DNA from: Eubacteriales bacterium
GTDB lineage: Bacteria; Bacillota; Clostridia; Oscillospirales; CAG-272
Direction of reading: 5' to 3'
Assembly: GCA_045635885.1 (NCBI GenBank)
Contig: JAZTWO010000076.1
Coordinates: 81,842 to 145,841 of the forward strand
DNA length: 64,000 nucleotides
How positions within the stretch are numbered: the first letter of the stretch is position 1; each line of letters opens with the position of its first letter. The position numbers were made by a program, and so were the translations under genes. Shown here piece after piece: positions 58,925 to 64,000 of this stretch. The notes under the pieces were generated by a model. That model saw only the letters and a list, made by a program, of their open reading frames with translations. It searched no databases and was not told the origin of the DNA.

Positions 58925-59872
58925 ATGAAAAATCAAATTCCTGTTTATTTGTTTATCGGATTTCTTGAAGGTGGTAAAACACATATGATTCAAGAGTCTA
59001 TGGAAGACGAGCGATTTAATTCGGGCGAAAAAACAATGATTATTTGCTGCGAAGAGGGTATTGACGAATATGATTCATCTCGCTTCTGGGGCAAAAACGT
59101 GTATATTGAAAATATCGAAAACGAGGAAGATGTTACACTTGATAGATTAAATAATATCGCAAATAAGCATATCATTGACCGCATCATTATCGAATATAAT
59201 GGCATGTGGCAGCTTGATACACTATTTATGAATATGCCTGAAAATTGGGATGTTTATCAATGTGTTATGTCCGCAGAATGTGCAACTTTCGAATTGTTTA
59301 ATGCAAATATGCGTTCACTTATGTTCGATAAGCTTTCTGCTTGTGAAATGCTCGTTTTAAACCGAGCAACACCTGATGCAGATAGAGAAAATATTCATAA
59401 GATAGTAAGAGGTGTAAATCCTCGTTGCGAAATCGTTTATGATTTTCCTGACGGAAGAATTGAATATGACGATATAGAGGACGAACTTCCTTTTGATATT
59501 GATGCACCTGTTATTGAAATTGACGATAAGGATTATGCCATTTGGTATCGTGATATGAGCGAAGATCTTGCAAAGTACAATGGCAAAACTGTCAAATTTA
59601 AAGGACTTGTTGCAAGAGATCCTCAAATGGGAAATAAGTCTATAATTGTTGGCAGACATGTTATGACTTGTTGTGCAGATGATATTACTTTTGCAGGTCT
59701 TATTTGCAATTTCAAAAAAGAATCCACGCTTAATACAGGTGATTGGGTACTTTTGTGCGCTAAAATTAAAATCGAAAACCACCCAATGTACCAAAGAAAA
59801 GGTCCTGTGCTTTATGCAGAAAGCACTTCATTTGCAGTAAAGCCCAATCCTGAACTTGCAACATTTTATTAA
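58925..59872 (+). CDS. Degenerate CobW-like GTPase domain fused to a DUF1980/TIGR03943-like C-terminal domain
   Basis: The N-terminus has GFLEGGKT (P-loop), IICCEEG (CC in place of CxCC), IIIEYNGMW (Walker B-like) and LVLNRAT (degenerate NKxD). The C-terminus GKTVKFKGLV...VGRHVMTCCADDITFAGL resembles the RF-x-MTCCxxD core of DUF1980. Confidence 0.65.
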   Translation: MKNQIPVYLFIGFLEGGKTHMIQESMEDERFNSGEKTMIICCEEGIDEYDSSRFWGKNVYIENIENEEDVTLDRLNNIANKHIIDRIIIEYNGMWQLDTLFMNMPENWDVYQCVMSAECATFELFNANMRSLMFDKLSACEMLVLNRATPDADRENIHKIVRGVNPRCEIVYDFPDGRIEYDDIEDELPFDIDAPVIEIDDKDYAIWYRDMSEDLAKYNGKTVKFKGLVARDPQMGNKSIIVGRHVMTCCADDITFAGLICNFKKESTLNTGDWVLLCAKIKIENHPMYQRKGPVLYAESTSFAVKPNPELATFY

Positions 59873-59890
59873 TTAACGTAGGAGAGAAAA

Positions 59891-60565
59891 ATGAGCAATA
59901 TTTTTGTTAACAATAAAAAATTAATACTAAAATCACTCATGTTCATGGGTTTTGTAGTTGCGCTCGTTTTTCTCTTTGTTTTGATAATTAATGTTAATAT
60001 CGTTGCTATCACAAATAATGATATATATATGATTGACGAAATTGATCAAATTTCTGATGATTATGATTGTATCTTGATTTTAGGATGCGGTGTAAATGCT
60101 AACGGAAAACCCACACCAAGACTTTATGACAGAATTATGACGGGGTTAGAAGCATATAATTCTGATTGTTCTAAAATTATTTTTGTTACAGGCGATAGTG
60201 AAGAACCGGATTATACCGAAACGGTTGCTATGAAAAATACACTTATTGAAAATGGTGTTGATGAGCAAAATATTATTTGTGATGGTTATGGGCTCTCAAC
60301 TTATGAAAGCATTTGGAGAGCAAAAAACATTTATGGATATAATAAAATTTTGATTGTCAGTCAAAAATATCATTTGAATAGAGCAATTTATATTGCCGAA
60401 CATCTTGGCTTAGAAGCTATTGGACTTGATGCTGCGCTTAAAACATATAGTAAGCAACCATATTATTCATTTAGAGAATTTTTTGCTCGCATCAAAGATA
60501 TGATATATTCAGAAATCCAACCCAATCCCCAATATACAGAAAAATGGGAGGATATATATGAATAA
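59891..60565 (+). CDS. sanA: SanA/YdcF (DUF218) family membrane-anchored protein
   Basis: An N-terminal TM helix followed by ILILGCGV...PTPRLYDRI...VTGDS...YTETVAMKN...[14 protein letters not shown], typical of SanA. Confidence 0.8.
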   Translation: MSNIFVNNKKLILKSLMFMGFVVALVFLFVLIINVNIVAITNNDIYMIDEIDQISDDYDCILILGCGVNANGKPTPRLYDRIMTGLEAYNSDCSKIIFVTGDSEEPDYTETVAMKNTLIENGVDEQNIICDGYGLSTYESIWRAKNIYGYNKILIVSQKYHLNRAIYIAEHLGLEAIGLDAALKTYSKQPYYSFREFFARIKDMIYSEIQPNPQYTEKWEDIYE

Positions 60566-62525
60566 ATTTAAACTTGTTTCCCCCTATAGTCCAACAGGTG
60601 ATCAACCACAAGCTATTGATACATTAACAAATGGAGTTTTGCGCGGTGATAGAATGCAAACGCTTTTGGGTGTTACCGGTTCAGGAAAAACATTTACAAT
60701 GGCTAATATTATAGCTAATGTAAATCGTCCAACGCTTGTTTTGGCACATAACAAAACACTCGCGGCACAGCTTTGCTCGGAATTTAGAGAATTCTTTCCT
60801 GAAAATGCGGTTGAGTATTTTGTGTCTTATTACGATTATTATCAACCCGAAGCGTATATTCCGGGAAAGGACGTTTATATTGAAAAAGATGCACTTGTTA
60901 ATGACGAAATCGATATGTTAAGACATAGTGCTACATCTTCATTGTTTGAAAGACGAGACGTAATAATTGTTGCGTCAGTTTCTTGTATATATTCACTTGG
61001 TGACCCCGAAGAATATAAAAATCTTGTTATTGATCTTCGTCCCGGTATGGAGTTGTCAAGAGATCAACTAATAAGACGATTAATTTCAATCAGCTATGAT
61101 AGAAATGATATAAATTTTGTAAGAGATAATTTTAGAGTTCGTGGTGATACGGTTGAAATTTTGCCCGCCTCAAGTCATGATAAAGCCATTCGTGTTGAGT
61201 TTTTTGGTGATGAAATTGATAGGATTTCAGAAATCAATATAGTTACGGGTGAAATTTTAAGAATTATGTCCTACGTTCCAATTTTTCCTGCAACTCACTA
61301 TGCAGTTTCCGATGATAAGAGAGAAAAGGCAATTAATGAAATTATGCAGGAAATGCAAGAAAGAGTAGAGTTCTTCCAAAGCCAAAACAAATATCTTGAG
61401 GCTCAAAGAATTAGTGAGCGAGTAAAATATGATATGGAAATGCTTCGAGAAGTTGGATTTTGTTCAGGTGTTGAAAACTATTCAAGAGTTCTTTCGGGCA
61501 GACCGGTTGGAAGTACACCGTATACATTGCTTGACTATTTTCCTGATGATTTTTTGCTTTTGGTAGATGAATCACATGTTTCATTGCCACAGGTAAGAGG
61601 AATGAGCGGTGGAGATGGTGCAAGAAAGAAAAATCTAATAGATTTTGGCTTTCGTTTGCCCTCAGCTTATGACAATAGACCCTTGAATTTTGATGAGTTT
61701 GAAGGGAAAATAAATCAGGCTATCTTTGTTAGTGCAACTCCTTCTGATTATGAAAAAGAACATTCAACCCAAATTGTTGAACAAATAATACGCCCCACGG
61801 GTCTTGTTGATCCTGAAATTATTGTCAGACCAATCGAAGGACAAGTTGATGATCTTATGGGTGAAATAAAAATTAGAAGCGCTAAAAACGAGCGTGTGCT
61901 TGTTACAACATTGACAAAAAAGATGGCAGAAGACCTCACTGAATATTTTGAAAATAACGGCATAAAAGTTAGATACATTCACTTCAACGTTGATACTATG
62001 GAGCGAATGGAAATAATTCGTGACCTCCGTCTTGGCAAGTTTGACGTTCTTGTTGGCATTAACCTTCTTCGTGAGGGGCTTGATATTCCCGAGGTTTCAT
62101 TAGTAGCTATACTTGATGCAGATAAAGAGGGATTCTTGCGTGCAGAAACCTCTTTAATTCAGACAATTGGTAGAGCGGCAAGAAATGCCGACGGTAAGGT
62201 TATAATGTATGCGGACAAGATTACAGGTTCAATGGAACGAGCAATTGCAGAAACTAATCGTCGTCGCAAAATTCAAAGCGATTATAACATAGCTAATGGA
62301 ATTACTCCCAAAACCATTGTCAAAGGTGTTCGTGATCTTATTGAGATTGGTTCATCTGACGAAGAAAAAGTAGCTAAAAAGAAAAACAAATCAAAAATGA
62401 GCAAGAAAGAAAAAGATGCACTTATTGAAAAGCTTACTAAAGAAATGAAAGAAGCCGCTCGACATCTTGAATTCGAAAAAGCTGCATTTTTGCGTGATAA
62501 AATATCAGAAATTAGAAATAATTAA
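60558..62525 (+). CDS. uvrB: Excinuclease ABC subunit B
   Basis: [13 protein letters not shown] Walker A, DESH box, beta-hairpin region, and a C-terminal UVR domain ([13 protein letters not shown]). The ATG lies 8 nt inside sanA. Confidence 0.97.
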   Translation: MNKFKLVSPYSPTGDQPQAIDTLTNGVLRGDRMQTLLGVTGSGKTFTMANIIANVNRPTLVLAHNKTLAAQLCSEFREFFPENAVEYFVSYYDYYQPEAYIPGKDVYIEKDALVNDEIDMLRHSATSSLFERRDVIIVASVSCIYSLGDPEEYKNLVIDLRPGMELSRDQLIRRLISISYDRNDINFVRDNFRVRGDTVEILPASSHDKAIRVEFFGDEIDRISEINIVTGEILRIMSYVPIFPATHYAVSDDKREKAINEIMQEMQERVEFFQSQNKYLEAQRISERVKYDMEMLREVGFCSGVENYSRVLSGRPVGSTPYTLLDYFPDDFLLLVDESHVSLPQVRGMSGGDGARKKNLIDFGFRLPSAYDNRPLNFDEFEGKINQAIFVSATPSDYEKEHSTQIVEQIIRPTGLVDPEIIVRPIEGQVDDLMGEIKIRSAKNERVLVTTLTKKMAEDLTEYFENNGIKVRYIHFNVDTMERMEIIRDLRLGKFDVLVGINLLREGLDIPEVSLVAILDADKEGFLRAETSLIQTIGRAARNADGKVIMYADKITGSMERAIAETNRRRKIQSDYNIANGITPKTIVKGVRDLIEIGSSDEEKVAKKKNKSKMSKKEKDALIEKLTKEMKEAARHLEFEKAAFLRDKISEIRNN

Positions 62526-62536
62526 TAGGTAACAAA

Positions 62537-64000
62537 ATGGTAAAAAATATTGTTGTTAAAGGTGCAAGAGTTAACAATTTAAAAAATATTGATGTTTTTA
62601 TTCCAAGAGATAAACTTGTAATTTTAACAGGATTATCCGGTTCGGGCAAAACATCACTTGCGTTTGATACTATATATGCAGAGGGACATAGACAGTTTGT
62701 AGAGTCACTTTCTTCATATGCAAGAATGTTTTTGGGTCAAATGGATAAGCCAGATATTGATTCAATTGAAGGGCTTTCGCCCGCAATATCAATAGATCAA
62801 AAAACAACCTCAAAAAATCCTCGTTCCACAGTTGGCACAGTAACGGAAATATATGACTATTTGCGTTTGTTATATGCGAGAATTGGAGTTCCGCACTGTC
62901 CCGAATGTGGTAAGGAAATCAGACGTCAAACCATAGACCAAATAATTGATCGCATAATGACCTTGGATGAAGGAACACGTTTTTTGGTGTTGTCCCCAAT
63001 GGTTAGGGGACAAAAGGGAAGACACGAAAAGGTTTTTGCTGATGCCAAGAAAAGCGGATACGTTCGTGTTAGAGTTGACGGTAATATGTATGAGCTTGAT
63101 GAAGAGATAAATCTTGATAAAAATAAGAAGCACAACATAGAAATAATTGTTGACCGTCTTGTTATGCGTCAAGATATACGCTCACGCCTTTCAGATTCAG
63201 TTGAGAGCGCACTTTCGGCTTCGGGTGGTTACTTACTCATAGTAACTGTTCCAAGGGAAGATGGCGAGCCTGAGGAGCTGTCATTCTCACAATCCTATGC
63301 TTGTGAAGAACATAACTTTTCAGTTGGCGAGCTTGAACCAAGAATGTTTTCGTTCAATAATCCAACAGGTGCGTGTCCTAAATGTTTTGGACTTGGAACG
63401 TTAAGAAAATTGTCAATAGATAAAATCATCCCCGACAAATCGCTTTCACTACACGAAGGCGGAATTGCAGTTAATGGCTTTAAATCACTTGATGAAGAAA
63501 GCTGGAACGGTCCATTGTTTATTGCAGTTGGTGAAAAATTCGGGTTTGATTTGGATACTCCCATTGAAAATTTCTCTAAAGAATCTATGGACGTTTTGCT
63601 TTATGGTTCAGGCGACGAAACATATGACATAGTTAGATATTTCGGTGGTGAACCACATAAACAAAAAGCGAAGTTTGATGGTATAATCAAAATAATCGAG
63701 CAAAGAATGAATATGCAAAATAATGCTGATTATTATGATGAATTTATTGAAGATGCACCATGTCCGGAGTGTAATGGAAGAAGACTTTCTCCCGCTGCAC
63801 TTGCTGTAACTGTCAGTGGAATTTCAATTGATAAATTTTGTGATATGCCAATTAAAAACGAGTTGGAGTTTGTAAATTCTGTACAGTTAACTGAAACCGA
63901 GCAAACAATTGCCCGTGAAATAATTAAGGAAATCAAATCAAGATTAGGATTTTTGTCAAGTGTAGGTCTGGATTATCTAACACTTTCAAGAAAAGCAGGT
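62537..64000 (+). CDS. uvrA: Excinuclease ABC subunit A (3' end outside window)
   Basis: Not in the ORF track because there is no stop in the window. The frame is open from the ATG at 62537 to 64000: [50 protein letters not shown]..., plus zinc fingers CPECG...CPKC. Confidence 0.95.
   Translation, partial: MVKNIVVKGARVNNLKNIDVFIPRDKLVILTGLSGSGKTSLAFDTIYAEGHRQFVESLSSYARMFLGQMDKPDIDSIEGLSPAISIDQKTTSKNPRSTVGTVTEIYDYLRLLYARIGVPHCPECGKEIRRQTIDQIIDRIMTLDEGTRFLVLSPMVRGQKGRHEKVFADAKKSGYVRVRVDGNMYELDEEINLDKNKKHNIEIIVDRLVMRQDIRSRLSDSVESALSASGGYLLIVTVPREDGEPEELSFSQSYACEEHNFSVGELEPRMFSFNNPTGACPKCFGLGTLRKLSIDKIIPDKSLSLHEGGIAVNGFKSLDEESWNGPLFIAVGEKFGFDLDTPIENFSKESMDVLLYGSGDETYDIVRYFGGEPHKQKAKFDGIIKIIEQRMNMQNNADYYDEFIEDAPCPECNGRRLSPAALAVTVSGISIDKFCDMPIKNELEFVNSVQLTETEQTIAREIIKEIKSRLGFLSSVGLDYLTLSRKAG

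Overview
AT-rich (not computed, by eye about one-third G+C) chromosomal segment from a low-GC Firmicute. It is almost certainly an endospore-forming member of the Clostridia, because yabP-yabQ-divIC, dpaA-dpaB, a SpoVB/YabM-like flippase and sigma-E-like promoters are present. Finer taxonomy cannot be assigned from sequence alone.

Coding density is very high: about 62 protein genes, mostly on the + strand. Most are housekeeping genes in blocks that are syntenic with Bacillus/Clostridium:
- nusB-xseAB-ispA-tlyA-nadK-argR-argS
- yebC
- cdaA operon
- recJ-relA-dtd-hemZ-mtaD
- yabM-like-mazG-hbs-yabO-yabP-yabQ-divIC
- trxB, dac, pgi, dpaAB
- nrdDG with tandem NrdR boxes
- miaB-ymcA-mutS-mutL-tgt
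- glyQS, rnhA, uvrBA

I recognised no rRNA, tRNA, CRISPR array, transposase or integrase. Intergenic gaps are short and mostly explained by sigma-A-like promoters and intrinsic terminators.

The non-core part is roughly 36-47 kb. It holds a bile-salt-hydrolase-type Ntn hydrolase, a compact seven-gene type IV filament operon, an LRR surface protein, an acyl-ACP thioesterase, a MazF/EndoA toxin with no antitoxin gene, and topoisomerase III.

The best candidates for something undescribed are:
1. The minimal type IV filament operon, which has pilins first and the ATPase last, a 250-aa unassignable protein between two prepilins, and no PilN/O/T in view.
2. The antitoxin-less mazF, translationally adjacent to a thioesterase.
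3. A COG0523 metallochaperone pair. One carries five in-frame 45-bp His/Cys repeats. The other is a degenerate GTPase fused to a DUF1980-like CC-motif domain. Both sit in a terminator-free string with sanA-uvrB-uvrA.
4. Terminator hairpins that occlude the translation start of sporulation genes and overlap sigma-E-like promoters.

All family assignments come from motif recognition by eye. No database search was run.
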